Shown here in pieces: positions 10,485 to 21,142 of a stretch of DNA of 64,000 nt; within the stretch, counting starts at the first letter, position 1, and the number at the start of each line of letters is the position of its first letter. The stretch comes from a virus (Duplodnaviria; Caudoviricetes): positions 192,001 through 256,000 of the IMG/VR virus record IMGVR_UViG_3300027804_000038; one strand, written 5' to 3'. The notes beneath the pieces were generated by a model. The model did no database searches, was not told the DNA's origin, and saw nothing but the letters and a program-made list of their open reading frames with translations. The position numbers and the translations under genes are program-made.

Positions 10485-11300
10485 TTATTTATAGTTAAAT
10501 TTATTAAAAAACCAATTATAATGATTATATAATCTATTACAATTTTCAATACCTAATATCTCATTATAATCTTCTTTTTGAGGAGAAAGAGTATTTTTAA
10601 TGGTATGGTCACCAAAAATACCATGGATTACATCATTTTCATGAGTTAATTGTTCTATTCTCTCAAAATCATGTTGATATGGAGGTATTTCTAAATAATT
10701 ATAAATTCGTTTTAGTTCTAATTCAGGATTTGAAGTTAAATCTTCAAATCGGATAAATAAAATATCTTTATCGTATCCTTGGTGAATTGATTCATATAAC
10801 CATTCTAAAGATGGACCAATTGGCGGAGATATCGAAAAGTGGTCAATTCTTGAATTAGTTGTCATATTTTTCAGCTCAGAAACATTTACTAAAAGAGGGT
10901 CCTTATGTGAGTTCTTTCTATAGTTTTTTTCCATTGAAGAAAAAATAGACCTAAGGTCTCTAACCATACAGATAATTTTTGGAGTACCGTAAAACCATTT
11001 TAAGAAATGGTAGTTACCAATCCAAGCTCTACTCTTATCAATAACATAAGGTCTTTCAGTAATACCATCAAAAAAACCATTTAAACCTTTTTCACAAAAA
11101 CTTCTTAATCCCTCTTTCATTTCATCAGGATTTTGAGCTTTAAATGCGTCTCCTGTTGAATATATTGTTCTGGCTTGTAAAATTAATTCTATAACACCTG
11201 ATGTTGGTGTAGAATATATGTCAGGATTTTGCATTAATATATTTTGAATTAATGTCGAGCCCGCTCTAGGTAAAGAGGCATTAAAAAATATTTTCTTCAT
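10485..11300 (-). CDS. sulfotransferase family protein
   Basis: SLPRAGSTL 5'-PSB loop, DKSR, VRDLRSIFSS 3'-PB motif, RFEDL. Confidence 0.85.
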   Translation of the reverse strand: MKKIFFNASLPRAGSTLIQNILMQNPDIYSTPTSGVIELILQARTIYSTGDAFKAQNPDEMKEGLRSFCEKGLNGFFDGITERPYVIDKSRAWIGNYHFLKWFYGTPKIICMVRDLRSIFSSMEKNYRKNSHKDPLLVNVSELKNMTTNSRIDHFSISPPIGPSLEWLYESIHQGYDKDILFIRFEDLTSNPELELKRIYNYLEIPPYQHDFERIEQLTHENDVIHGIFGDHTIKNTLSPQKEDYNEILGIENCNRLYNHYNWFFNKFNYK

Positions 11301-11337
11301 GGGTTAATTTTAACCTATAAAGTTATAAATGTCAAAG

Positions 11338-12855
11338 TTAAGCTAATAAAACTTTATATGAATTACCATTAATTATAATTTCCCAAGTTCTATAAGATTT
11401 ACAAGATTCATAAGTTATTGTTCCTGCGGGAAATGACGAGCTTCCAACCACTAATTGGTTATTTGCGGTTGCAAATGCGTTATGACCAATAATAATTGAC
11501 GAGCGATAATTATAAGAGTTTGTATTACAACCTATAGCAATATTGTTCGAACCTGTAGTATTATAATATAATGATTTATAACCTATTGAAATATTATTGG
11601 CTCCTGATGTATTATAATATAATGACTTATAACCAATCGAAATTAGATAACTAGCTCTTGTACTATTTACGGTTGACCTAAATCCTACTGAAACATTTTT
11701 ACTTCCATTATTATTTGAATACAATGAACTTCTACCTATTGCAATATTAAAACTTCCACAGTCATTTAAATACATTGAACCTCTACCCATTGCTATGTTA
11801 TACGACCCTCTATTTCCATAACTAGTACTACCAGCCAAAGCTCTCCTACCAATTGCAATATTACCTGAACCATTCCTGTTACATAATAATGCGCATCTTC
11901 CTATTGAAATATTAAAATCGTTATACTGACTTAAATTGTAGTACATAGATGATTGACCTATTGCGATATTGAAGTCTGATTTATTTAAATTTAGTCTTAA
12001 AGAATCGTAACCTATTGCAATGTTTGAATCACCATCACAACTAGTTCTCATGGAGTTTGTACCTATTGATATATTTTTAGTACCATTGATATTAGAGCGT
12101 TGAGAATTAACACCTAATGATATGTTATTATCCGCTTTATTATCAATTAGAGTACTAGCCCCTAACGAAATATTATTACTACCACTAGCTGAGTAATATT
12201 GAGAATCATTACCCAAAGAAATGTTATTAACTCCCCCACTTCTTCTTTTTTGACTATTCCTACCTATTGCGATATTATCACAAAAATTTGCAGAAATACA
12301 ACAACCCTCTAAAGAAGAAGTTCCTATTCCTATATTATTAGAACCAGTAGATAAATTTTTTAAAGTACTTTTACCTATAGAGACATTATTATCTAGTAAA
12401 GATACAGGTAATTTAAATGCAACATTACCTATCGAAATATTACTAGAGTCATTTCCATTGCCCCTACCAATACAAACACTATTAACATCCAAAGTCGGAG
12501 ACGACACTGTACCATCAAAAGTCAATAAAGATTCTGCAACTGTTCCACCAGACCCATTAGATGTTAATACCTGATTGTTTGAACCTGAAATACTAAACGA
12601 AGGTGTTCCACTAAAGGTAAGTTTATCACTTCCATCTATAATAGTAATATTAACACCACTAAAACTTTTCAGAGCAATGTTTCCACCTGTAACACCAGAT
12701 ATATCTGAGACACCGTTACCAACAGTGTAAGCACTTGTTATGTAACTCGTAAGTGCGGAATATACCTCCCAATATATACCATTCCATTCCCACGTTTTAT
12801 TATCGTAAGTATATTGTTGATTTGGTGACGGACTATTTGGAAAATTAATTGGCAT
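11338..12855 (-). CDS. tail fibre / adhesin with YadA-head-like repeats
   Basis: more than 20 tandem N(I/V)(A/S)(I/L)G repeats at about 14-15 aa spacing; PxSPxxNQQYTYxxKTWxWNG N-terminus. Confidence 0.75.
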   Translation of the reverse strand: MPINFPNSPSPNQQYTYDNKTWEWNGIYWEVYSALTSYITSAYTVGNGVSDISGVTGGNIALKSFSGVNITIIDGSDKLTFSGTPSFSISGSNNQVLTSNGSGGTVAESLLTFDGTVSSPTLDVNSVCIGRGNGNDSSNISIGNVAFKLPVSLLDNNVSIGKSTLKNLSTGSNNIGIGTSSLEGCCISANFCDNIAIGRNSQKRRSGGVNNISLGNDSQYYSASGSNNISLGASTLIDNKADNNISLGVNSQRSNINGTKNISIGTNSMRTSCDGDSNIAIGYDSLRLNLNKSDFNIAIGQSSMYYNLSQYNDFNISIGRCALLCNRNGSGNIAIGRRALAGSTSYGNRGSYNIAMGRGSMYLNDCGSFNIAIGRSSLYSNNNGSKNVSVGFRSTVNSTRASYLISIGYKSLYYNTSGANNISIGYKSLYYNTTGSNNIAIGCNTNSYNYRSSIIIGHNAFATANNQLVVGSSSFPAGTITYESCKSYRTWEIIINGNSYKVLLA

Positions 12856-12864
12856 ATCTTTTCG

Positions 12865-14079
12865 TTATAAATAATATAATATTTCAGCAGTTCCTAAGAA
12901 AGTTGCATTAGCCCCCAATGGGGTAATACAAACCCACATTTCATCTAAAGTACCATTCACATTAGAACCTACTCTTATTTGGTTATCATCCACTTTTATT
13001 GTTGTTAATGCTGATGTTCCAGCCTCCCCAATTAATGAAGACATAATGTGTCCACTACTTGTTATTGTGGTAGCCCCAACACCTAATGAATATTGGAATG
13101 GTGAGTTAGGAATATCAGTCCAAGTTGGTGTCGCTGACAAGGTTGGGTTAAACTCAATGGTCATTAAATAGTTATCATTTGATGTATTTAATAAACTTAA
13201 ACTACTATATTGTGATGTAACAGATTTATAGGATTGTTTTAATCTATACCCAATATATGGATATTTTGTACCTGAAGTCGATAAGGTTGCAGTTGATGAA
13301 TGTATAACCCCAACGGTACTATATAAACCATTTAATGCACCTTCAGTAGAAACTTGACTACATATCATATCAAAACTACCCGAACCCGACCCAACTTGTC
13401 TTATCTCATATCTTATAGGTTGGTTTGGTGAACTCATATAAACTAAACTTTCATTATTAGAACAATTATGTTCAGTAAAATAAAATGTTTGTCCAGATAA
13501 AGCAAGTCCAAATCTCAACCTACCAACTCCTAACCATTGGTAATCAACAGTCATTAACTGAGTGTTTGACCATATAAGATTTGTTGGGTCAAATTCATTT
13601 GTTTCCCAAGTTGTTGTTGACGCACTAAATATTGTTGTACCTGACCTCCAAATTTGAAAACTTATCGTATTTGATGTTCCGTTACTTTCCAAGAAGAACC
13701 CGTCAAAAACTGAATTATAAGTTGATGCGGTTGTTGTAGTAAAACATCCCACTCTTTTTATTACATTTGTTTCTAACTGAAAATTTGAAAAACTTCCCTC
13801 AAATAACTGACTCTTACCAGGTTGGTATATTGGGTGTGTTTTTGTTTGTCTAATTACCAAATCATTATTTGAAGATGTTGACATTCTAACTCTCGCATAC
13901 TCCTTATTAAAAACTGATGTCGCAGTTCCTGCGGTTACTTCATTAACTTGTAATGGGTTTTTGTCGTAAACATGCTTAATGTCCAATAGATTTTGTACCG
14001 CAGCAGTCCTCAATCTACCAAAAGCGTCAAGATTTGGACTATCAGAATATTTTACCGCATTATTATATATAAAACTCAT
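12865..14079 (-). CDS. virion structural protein (beta-rich)
   Basis: DAFGRLR motif, beta-rich composition, next to tail fibre; ATGA overlap with upstream gene. Confidence 0.6.
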   Translation of the reverse strand: MSFIYNNAVKYSDSPNLDAFGRLRTAAVQNLLDIKHVYDKNPLQVNEVTAGTATSVFNKEYARVRMSTSSNNDLVIRQTKTHPIYQPGKSQLFEGSFSNFQLETNVIKRVGCFTTTTASTYNSVFDGFFLESNGTSNTISFQIWRSGTTIFSASTTTWETNEFDPTNLIWSNTQLMTVDYQWLGVGRLRFGLALSGQTFYFTEHNCSNNESLVYMSSPNQPIRYEIRQVGSGSGSFDMICSQVSTEGALNGLYSTVGVIHSSTATLSTSGTKYPYIGYRLKQSYKSVTSQYSSLSLLNTSNDNYLMTIEFNPTLSATPTWTDIPNSPFQYSLGVGATTITSSGHIMSSLIGEAGTSALTTIKVDDNQIRVGSNVNGTLDEMWVCITPLGANATFLGTAEILYYL

Positions 14080-14768
14080 ATTAAATACCAATTTCCGCCC
14101 CTAACCATACAGGTTAAAGACATATAGTTTATGTTCATATCAACGTAATTATTGTTGTCAATTGTTCCTGATGAAGGTGTTAATCTTATTCTATAAGTAC
14201 CACAAATCCCTGCTTCATCTTTTATTATTAAATAATAACCCTCTTTACCTACTACCGATGGTAATACCAAATCAACATTACTATTACCACTTATACCCCA
14301 ATATGTTTTATCCCAAGTTAAAGATTGTCCTGTAGTAATTCCTGTTGTTGTATAATATCCCGCATCAGGTGATAAAGGACCTGGTACCGAGAACGGCTGA
14401 ACCCATTGTTGTGAATCACCATCATCAATCCAAACCAATTCAACACCTGTATTTGTATTGAACCACCTATCCCCACTTATAATAATTCCTGTAGGTGTTG
14501 ATGCAGATATATAATATTGTAGACCTCCACTCGAAGACCCTGAAACAGGACCCCAATAAGCATAACCTGTACCATCGGTTAATAAAGCATATCCATTTTG
14601 TTCAGTTCCATTAGAATAGGTAAAACCGCTATAAACTGTTAAACCTGAAGAAAAAATTGGATTAACAGGAATTGAACCACCTATACGATAAACAACACCT
14701 GTTGAAAGGTCAGATTGAAGTACGTAATTATAACTATCCTTAATTAATTGGTCTTTAATATCGGCCAT
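14076..14768 (-). CDS. virion / tail-associated protein
   Basis: GDRWFNTNTG..VW..DGDSQQWV motif, G/T/S-rich. Confidence 0.6.
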   Translation of the reverse strand: MADIKDQLIKDSYNYVLQSDLSTGVVYRIGGSIPVNPIFSSGLTVYSGFTYSNGTEQNGYALLTDGTGYAYWGPVSGSSSGGLQYYISASTPTGIIISGDRWFNTNTGVELVWIDDGDSQQWVQPFSVPGPLSPDAGYYTTTGITTGQSLTWDKTYWGISGNSNVDLVLPSVVGKEGYYLIIKDEAGICGTYRIRLTPSSGTIDNNNYVDMNINYMSLTCMVRGGNWYLI

Positions 14769-14792
14769 GCTTTAATTTTACAATTTTTTGGT

Positions 14793-14804
14793 TATTTATA
14801 AATA
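14793..14804. promoter_or_regulatory. palindromic TATTTATAAATA, putative bidirectional late promoter
   Basis: lies between divergent starts 14768(-) and 14807(+). Confidence 0.55.
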
Positions 14805-14806
14805 GT

Positions 14807-15136
14807 ATGGCTACCATTTGTTACGCTTGGGATGAGACACCCTTTGCATGGATTGATACCCCTTTCACTTGGGTGGAAGGATGCGTCATTGAAAAAATAG
14901 TCGGAGGAGGAGGGTCCATATCGTCCTATCAAATAAGAAAAAGACTAGATGCGTTACCTGAAGACGAAAAAGAAATTTTAATAAATTTGTTTGTTAGATT
15001 AAATGTTGATGAAATAGAATTTGAAAAACGTGTTAATAGAACTAAAAATACAAAAGTTAAAATAAAATTAAAAGATGTTGAAATTTCTCTAAAAGAACAA
15101 AGAATGATTAATGTAAATGTGAAAATAATAGATTAA
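14807..15136 (+). CDS. hypothetical protein
   Basis: ORF track. Confidence 0.65.
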   Translation: MATICYAWDETPFAWIDTPFTWVEGCVIEKIVGGGGSISSYQIRKRLDALPEDEKEILINLFVRLNVDEIEFEKRVNRTKNTKVKIKLKDVEISLKEQRMINVNVKIID

Positions 15137-15155
15137 TAGATATTTATAATTGATT

Positions 15156-15641
15156 ATGGGATATAAATTATACACTGATAAGTCAAATAAATTCAATTGT
15201 AATATTGAAGTTGAGGGTACTTCATTATCTAAATCACAAGTTAGATTAGTTATAGAATCTGAAGATTTAATTTATATGTTTAAAGGAAGTATTCAGAGTA
15301 ATGGTGAATGTGAAGTTATTGTACCTAAAACAAAATCATTTTTAAATGAAGGTTCTAAGGGTAACATGAGATTAGAAGTTATTGCTGATGATGTTTATTT
15401 TGAACCTTGGTCTTCTGATTTCTCAGTGGTTACAAATAAGAAAGTAACAGTTCAAATTGCTGAACAAGAAGAAGAAAAACCTAGAATGAAAGTTCAGGTT
15501 GTCGAACAAAAAGAGGAACCAAAAAAAGAAACTATAAAAGAATCGCCTAAACCTAAAGAAGAGGTTAAGAAGAGACGTATTATAGTTAATCAAAATGTGT
15601 TTACAAAAGATGAGATAATTAAAAAATTAATGGGAAAATAA
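15156..15641 (+). CDS. hypothetical protein
   Basis: ORF track; TATTTATA at 15141. Confidence 0.65.
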   Translation: MGYKLYTDKSNKFNCNIEVEGTSLSKSQVRLVIESEDLIYMFKGSIQSNGECEVIVPKTKSFLNEGSKGNMRLEVIADDVYFEPWSSDFSVVTNKKVTVQIAEQEEEKPRMKVQVVEQKEEPKKETIKESPKPKEEVKKRRIIVNQNVFTKDEIIKKLMGK

Positions 15642-15842
15642 ACCAATAATTTTCATAATCACATCAATTATTCCGTACACACCAAAACCAAAAAATATTA
15701 CAGAAACTATCACATAAGGTAGTACTGATTTTTTAGCGTTTTCACATTTACTACATTTCTTTTTTTCTTGTTTGTTTTCCATATAAAAAAATTACTAAAT
15801 AAATTATTAGGTGTAAAGTTTAATAGAATAATATTTATAATT

Positions 15843-16244
15843 ATGAAATTAATATATTCTTTAAGTTCTTTAATAACTGAAAAAAAAATTGGTGAACTAC
15901 AAGATACTGTATATATAAATTATGTATTACAACATACACCAAGTAGTAAACACGGAATTTTCAGAAAAAAAAGACACGAGAAAGAAGACGGAGGAGAAAG
16001 AATTACCGATTATCATATATTAGAGTTATGTAAAAAGGCAAAAACTAACATAACCCAATATATTGTTATGGGTGAAATAATTGACGGAGTTAGATTTATA
16101 GTATCATCTAAAGAATTTCCTTTTTTAAATATTGTAATTAACCCACAAGAAAACTCACCATTTGATTGGACATTAACAGTTGTTACTGTAATGAACAAAG
16201 AAGATTTTAATATTGGTAGAAATCAATTACAAATTTTCATATAA
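15843..16244 (+). CDS. hypothetical protein with LITE leader
   Basis: TATTTATA at 15832 fixes the start at MKLIYSLSSLITE. Confidence 0.65.
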   Translation: MKLIYSLSSLITEKKIGELQDTVYINYVLQHTPSSKHGIFRKKRHEKEDGGERITDYHILELCKKAKTNITQYIVMGEIIDGVRFIVSSKEFPFLNIVINPQENSPFDWTLTVVTVMNKEDFNIGRNQLQIFI

Positions 16245-16249
16245 AGAAA

Positions 16250-16385
16250 AACCCCCGATGTATTCTGACAACGAGGGTTTAATCTTTTTCACTTAATTAA
16301 GTTGAGGCTTCCGCCCCTGAACATCATCGTGGTTCAGTTCCGCCGAGTTCTTGTAAGGGAATATCTCGGTTCAACCCTTCATATA
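16250..16385 (-). ncRNA. candidate small structured RNA
   Basis: own TATATTTG promoter (16396-16403, - strand), three helices, intrinsic terminator, no ORF. Confidence 0.55.
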
Positions 16386-16461
16386 ATTTCGATTACAAAT
16401 ATATATCAAAATATTTAAATAAAAAAACTTTTTTTAAAAAAAAGTACAGTATCTTTGCTAA

Positions 16462-16599
16462 ATGAAACAGGAAACATTACCACTTAACATACGACATGTT
16501 GCTCAAATAGTAAGACGTAACATGATTACAAAAACAGTACCATCAGGTAAAGTTTACTCACGTAAGAAATCTAAGAAGGTTGACATCTACCAAGATTAG
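16462..16599 (+). CDS. 45-aa basic protein
   Basis: manually translated MKQETLPLNIRHVAQ...; TATCTTTG-N4-ATG. Confidence 0.55.
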   Translation: MKQETLPLNIRHVAQIVRRNMITKTVPSGKVYSRKKSKKVDIYQD

Positions 16600-16622
16600 G
16601 ATTATTTTTTTATAAAAAAAGT

Positions 16623-17462
16623 ATGCTCTCATATATAGGCGGTAAAAGTAAAATTGGTAAATGGATAGTACCGTATTACCCAAAAGACATGGAAACATAT
16701 GTAGAGACATTCGGAGGAATGTTTTGGTGTTTCTTTAATATGGATTTAAAACAATATCCAAATCTTAAAAGAGTTGTTTATAACGACTTTAATCCTTTAA
16801 ATTATAATTTATTTATGTGTCTTCAGAACCCTGGCGTTCTACTGTCTGCGGTTAATAGAATTCCTTGCCAACAACAAGGAGTTGAGGAGACACCTCCAAT
16901 CTACCGAGAACAGTTTAACACATTCCAAAAAGAAATATTTGGGGATGGGTTTACTATAAACTATCCTGATTATGATGTCGCCGCAAAATACGCATATGTC
17001 TTAACACAAGTATTCAGCGGGTCCAAACCTGAAACTAGTTCCTTTATTGATTTGAAGGGTAAGTATAAATCAAAATACCTTACATTTAGAGACAAATTAT
17101 CTAAACCTGAATGGGTAGAACATTTTAACAGAATATCTCATTTTAGAATTGGGGATTTTGAAGATGTGATTAAAGAATTTGATAGCCCAACAACTTATTT
17201 TTATCTTGACCCACCGTATTGGAAAACTGAAAATTATTATTCTAATCACGATTTTGACAGAGATGACCACGAAAGACTTGCAAATTGTTTAAAAAATATT
17301 GAAGGAAAGTTTTCGTTATCTTATTATGATTTTGTACTTTTACACGAGTGGTTTCCCGAAGATAAATATAGATGGGAGAAAAAAGAATTTGCTAAAGCCG
17401 CGGCAGCAAAAAAAGGTAAATCACAAAATATGGGAGAAGAACTATTAATAATGAATTATTGA
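16623..17462 (+). CDS. dam: DNA adenine methyltransferase (Dam/D12 class)
   Basis: YIGGKS, VETFGGMFW, YNDFN and YLDPPY motifs. Confidence 0.9.
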   Translation: MLSYIGGKSKIGKWIVPYYPKDMETYVETFGGMFWCFFNMDLKQYPNLKRVVYNDFNPLNYNLFMCLQNPGVLLSAVNRIPCQQQGVEETPPIYREQFNTFQKEIFGDGFTINYPDYDVAAKYAYVLTQVFSGSKPETSSFIDLKGKYKSKYLTFRDKLSKPEWVEHFNRISHFRIGDFEDVIKEFDSPTTYFYLDPPYWKTENYYSNHDFDRDDHERLANCLKNIEGKFSLSYYDFVLLHEWFPEDKYRWEKKEFAKAAAAKKGKSQNMGEELLIMNY

Positions 17463-17490
17463 TATATTTATATAAAAAAATATTTTTAAA

Positions 17491-18843
17491 ATGAAATTTA
17501 CCACCTTATTAAAATCAGTAATTCTTGAGAATTCAAGATTTAAAATATTGTACGATAATTTAGTCCCTAAAAAAGAAGAAAAAGGTAAAAAATCTGACCC
17601 AAAGAAACTACCTTTTGATATTCTTAAAAAGATAATTGCTGCTGACCCAGATTCAAAATTTCCACAAGGATTTGATTTTGACACCGCAACTCCTGAAGAT
17701 ATGGAGAAAGGTAAAGTTGGTAAATATACTAATTGGTTAATTAAAAACTTTATGAAACCATCTGCAAGTTCTATAGATGCTGACCCTTCAGATGAGAGAG
17801 CTTATGGAATTGCGGTTAAAAACTATAAAGATTTATTTTTAGAAGACTTATATAAAACTACTAATGACCTTAAAAAGTTTGAGAGATTTAAAAACCAATT
17901 ATCTGCGGATAAAAGAGATATTATGAAGTTATCACCAAGTGAACTATTTGACTTGGTAAAAGACTTTTCATTGGAAAAAACTAAGGCTACAAAATCTGAA
18001 AAAGAGACTGCTAAAAAGACTTATGAACATCCAGGTGGTAAAGTTGCCTTTAGAGGCCCTAATTGGACTGTAATTAAAATTGAAGGTACTGGTGAACTAC
18101 AAAAAGATGCTGCTTGTTTTTATGGAGGTTCTCATGAATATGATAAAGGTGAATCTAGATGGTGTACATCTTCACCTGGTATGTCCTATTGGAAAAATTA
18201 TTTGAGTAGAGGCCCATTATATGTAATATTACCTAATGAATCTTCTGATGTGGGTAAAGTATCTGGATTACCAGTTGAAAGATACCAATTCCAATTCCCT
18301 GATGCTCAATTTATGGACAGACATGACCGACAAATTGATTTAGTTGGAATGTTAAATGGTAAACTATCTGAAGTTAAGGAGTATTTTAAACCTGAATTCG
18401 CAAAGGGACTTATGAAGTCTAATGAGAATAAGGCGGTAATCACCTATCCTGATAGTGCATCAGGTAAATTTGTTGCATTATACGGATTCGAGGAATTATT
18501 CAACTCATTCCCTGAAAGTTTAGAAAGTTTAGTAATTGAAAATAAATCCAGAGATAACGTTGCTTTAGATGTACCATCTAGTATTGGTAAATTTAAAAAT
18601 TTAACAACATTAATGTTACAAAATATTGTAAGAACATTACCTGAAGAAATTGGACAACTTACAAAATTAGACTTTTTATCACTACCTGATAATAAAGAAT
18701 TAAAAGAATTACCTAATAGTATCGTTAATTTAGATAATATGACTTTTATAAATCTTAGAGGTAGTAACCCTGATATCAAAATACCTGAAGGAATCACTGA
18801 AAAATATGAAGATTTAGGTGGCGGATTTTGGTATACTGCGTAA
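17491..18843 (+). CDS. large-phage protein with C-terminal leucine-rich repeats
   Basis: WCTS...GPLYVI...YQFQF..FMD domain, then LPEEIGQLTKLDFLSL-type LRRs; VILE leader. Confidence 0.75.
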   Translation: MKFTTLLKSVILENSRFKILYDNLVPKKEEKGKKSDPKKLPFDILKKIIAADPDSKFPQGFDFDTATPEDMEKGKVGKYTNWLIKNFMKPSASSIDADPSDERAYGIAVKNYKDLFLEDLYKTTNDLKKFERFKNQLSADKRDIMKLSPSELFDLVKDFSLEKTKATKSEKETAKKTYEHPGGKVAFRGPNWTVIKIEGTGELQKDAACFYGGSHEYDKGESRWCTSSPGMSYWKNYLSRGPLYVILPNESSDVGKVSGLPVERYQFQFPDAQFMDRHDRQIDLVGMLNGKLSEVKEYFKPEFAKGLMKSNENKAVITYPDSASGKFVALYGFEELFNSFPESLESLVIENKSRDNVALDVPSSIGKFKNLTTLMLQNIVRTLPEEIGQLTKLDFLSLPDNKELKELPNSIVNLDNMTFINLRGSNPDIKIPEGITEKYEDLGGGFWYTA

Positions 18844-18877
18844 TTTTTCATAAATTAGCAACTTAAATTAAGGTGCT

Positions 18878-19177
18878 ATGAAAACAAATGTTGACTGTGA
18901 AATTTATCTATCAAACTTCATAGGATTCTTTGATAAGAATCCAAATGACTTGATTGCACTTATTGGGCAACATATGGACAAAAGTAAATTTTATGAGAAA
19001 GTTAGAACACAGGTATATTCAAATCATGAAAATGGTGATGAAATCACTTTAACACAAAAACAAATAATTGATATTTTGGTTAGTTTACATAATCAAAATA
19101 AAATTAAAAATTATGATTTGAATAAAGTCAAAATTCCTTTTCTTGAAACAAAGTACGGTAAGTTATTTTTAAATTAG
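18878..19177 (+). CDS. hypothetical protein
   Basis: ORF track. Confidence 0.6.
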   Translation: MKTNVDCEIYLSNFIGFFDKNPNDLIALIGQHMDKSKFYEKVRTQVYSNHENGDEITLTQKQIIDILVSLHNQNKIKNYDLNKVKIPFLETKYGKLFLN

Positions 19178-19200
19178 TTTAATTTTATTATATTTTTTTT

Positions 19201-20817
19201 ATGATTAATTTGTTAAAAATTAAAAATGAAAGAGTATTCATTACTGAATATCATGATTATTGTGACGTAAAACCTGAGGATAATTCACTGTTTGGATACA
19301 ATATGGTAACTGGTGTAAAAAATGAATGGAAATTCAAAGGAAATTATACTTGTACCGAAGAAAAAATAAAAGACTATGGTAATTTATTATGTTCAGTGAA
19401 TATAATCAGACATACATTATGTTTAGATGAGAATGATGATATCGTCTCTATAAGAGCTTATTTTTTCACTAAAAATAGAAGGGTCGGAAGTAGGTTTTTT
19501 AAAACTAATACAAATATGAAGTTTTTAACCTACAATAAAAAAACAAAAAATTTTTATAATGGTAGTATGTTTAACTATCATTTAAAAAGAAAAAGGACAT
19601 CATCTATTAAATGTAATTTCTTTTTTGATAATTTTTTTAATCATGTCTACTATAGTTTTGCTAGAGTAAACCAAAATACGCCCCAACCAATATTAGAGTT
19701 TGATAAGTCCAAAGTTGATGAGATATTTCAAACTTTCCTGAGTAAAGTCGGTATTGAAAATGAGTTTAATAATAAAACATTTATTAATGATTTATTTGGT
19801 AAATTATTAGATGATAAAGGAATTAAAAAACCAAATAATTTCTATGCATTTAAATACTGTATACCTAGACCGACTAAAAAAATATATAAGAACAACAAAA
19901 ATAAAATGGTTGAATCTTATATGGATATGTACGGGATTCATGGGGATAAAATGAAAAAAATTCTACATAATCTAAAAGAAATTAATTTAAAATTAATTAA
20001 ACAAATAATTGATATTTTTGGGCATACTTATTTATCACAGAAATCAGAGATTGATTTAATTTTATTTTATGAAAATATTATTAAGAATAATATATTTTTA
20101 GATAAAAATTTTATAGACCTCCTTTCAAAGAAAGAAAAAGAAAACTTTTTTAAATGTGTTTTAATAATTGACAATAACGTAGGTATTAATCAATGGTCAT
20201 TTAATGACCACATGGTTTTTTATAAAAAAATACTAAAATACGAAAAAATAAAATGGAAATCTTTTGACCTAAATTCATTTAAGTCGGAACATATTGAGTA
20301 TAGCGAAAAGAGTGAGTTTTATTCTAAAGGATATTATGTGAGAAATTATGATAATAAATTCAAAGATTATATCCAAGAAGAAATTGTTATAAATAACCAA
20401 ACATATTGGCCAATTCTTCTTGAAGAGTATGAACAATATACAGAGGAAAGTTCACATCAATCAAACTGTGTTAAAACTTATAATTCAAGAGTTGATTCTG
20501 TAATAGTTTCTCTAAGAAACGAAAGTAATGATAGGTTAACAATACAAATGATACCTAAAAAAAATAATAACGGTAAAATTTTTTGGAAAAACGCTCAAAC
20601 TAGAGCAAAATTCAATGAAATGTATACGGAAGATTGGATATTACCAATCACAATATTAGAAGAAAGATTTTCGACATCAAAATTTGAATTACCTGAATTT
20701 TTTTATGTTAATTATTTAGGTAAAAATAAAGTAAATGTTACATTTAATGAAGTAATAGAAGAAACCTATGACAGTGGTCACATTAAACCAAATCAGTTTG
20801 ATTTATTAAATTTTTAA
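19201..20817 (+). CDS. PcfJ-like domain protein
   Basis: C-terminal EESSHQSNCVKTY...IVSLR..RLTIQ motif. Confidence 0.65.
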   Translation: MINLLKIKNERVFITEYHDYCDVKPEDNSLFGYNMVTGVKNEWKFKGNYTCTEEKIKDYGNLLCSVNIIRHTLCLDENDDIVSIRAYFFTKNRRVGSRFFKTNTNMKFLTYNKKTKNFYNGSMFNYHLKRKRTSSIKCNFFFDNFFNHVYYSFARVNQNTPQPILEFDKSKVDEIFQTFLSKVGIENEFNNKTFINDLFGKLLDDKGIKKPNNFYAFKYCIPRPTKKIYKNNKNKMVESYMDMYGIHGDKMKKILHNLKEINLKLIKQIIDIFGHTYLSQKSEIDLILFYENIIKNNIFLDKNFIDLLSKKEKENFFKCVLIIDNNVGINQWSFNDHMVFYKKILKYEKIKWKSFDLNSFKSEHIEYSEKSEFYSKGYYVRNYDNKFKDYIQEEIVINNQTYWPILLEEYEQYTEESSHQSNCVKTYNSRVDSVIVSLRNESNDRLTIQMIPKKNNNGKIFWKNAQTRAKFNEMYTEDWILPITILEERFSTSKFELPEFFYVNYLGKNKVNVTFNEVIEETYDSGHIKPNQFDLLNF

Positions 20818-20818
20818 A

Positions 20819-21142
20819 ATGGATATAAAAGAAAAATATTTTACTAAAGAAAAAGATTTTTTTGATAAATTTGGATTATTATCTGTAATCAATTACGAAG
20901 ACTCACATAAACTAACCCCAAAGGAACTATCAAGTAAAAAAAATACAGAATCTGTTTTAATAATATCTACGTATCAAAACGATAAAGAGTTTATTACTGA
21001 CTATATTTGTTCAGTACAAAAAAAATTTTATATTTATTTGTCATCTACTATTATGGAAAGTAGTTATAAATTAAGAATATATTATTCACCAAATGATATT
21101 GCTGAAATAAAAATGTTAATACAAAATTTAAAAAATGATTGA
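20819..21142 (+). CDS. hypothetical protein
   Basis: ORF track. Confidence 0.6.
   Translation: MDIKEKYFTKEKDFFDKFGLLSVINYEDSHKLTPKELSSKKNTESVLIISTYQNDKEFITDYICSVQKKFYIYLSSTIMESSYKLRIYYSPNDIAEIKMLIQNLKND

Noticed and set aside
11338-12855. Diversity-generating retroelement target in the tail fibre
   Set aside because: Repeats are protein-level only; no template/variable repeat pair or reverse transcriptase in the window.
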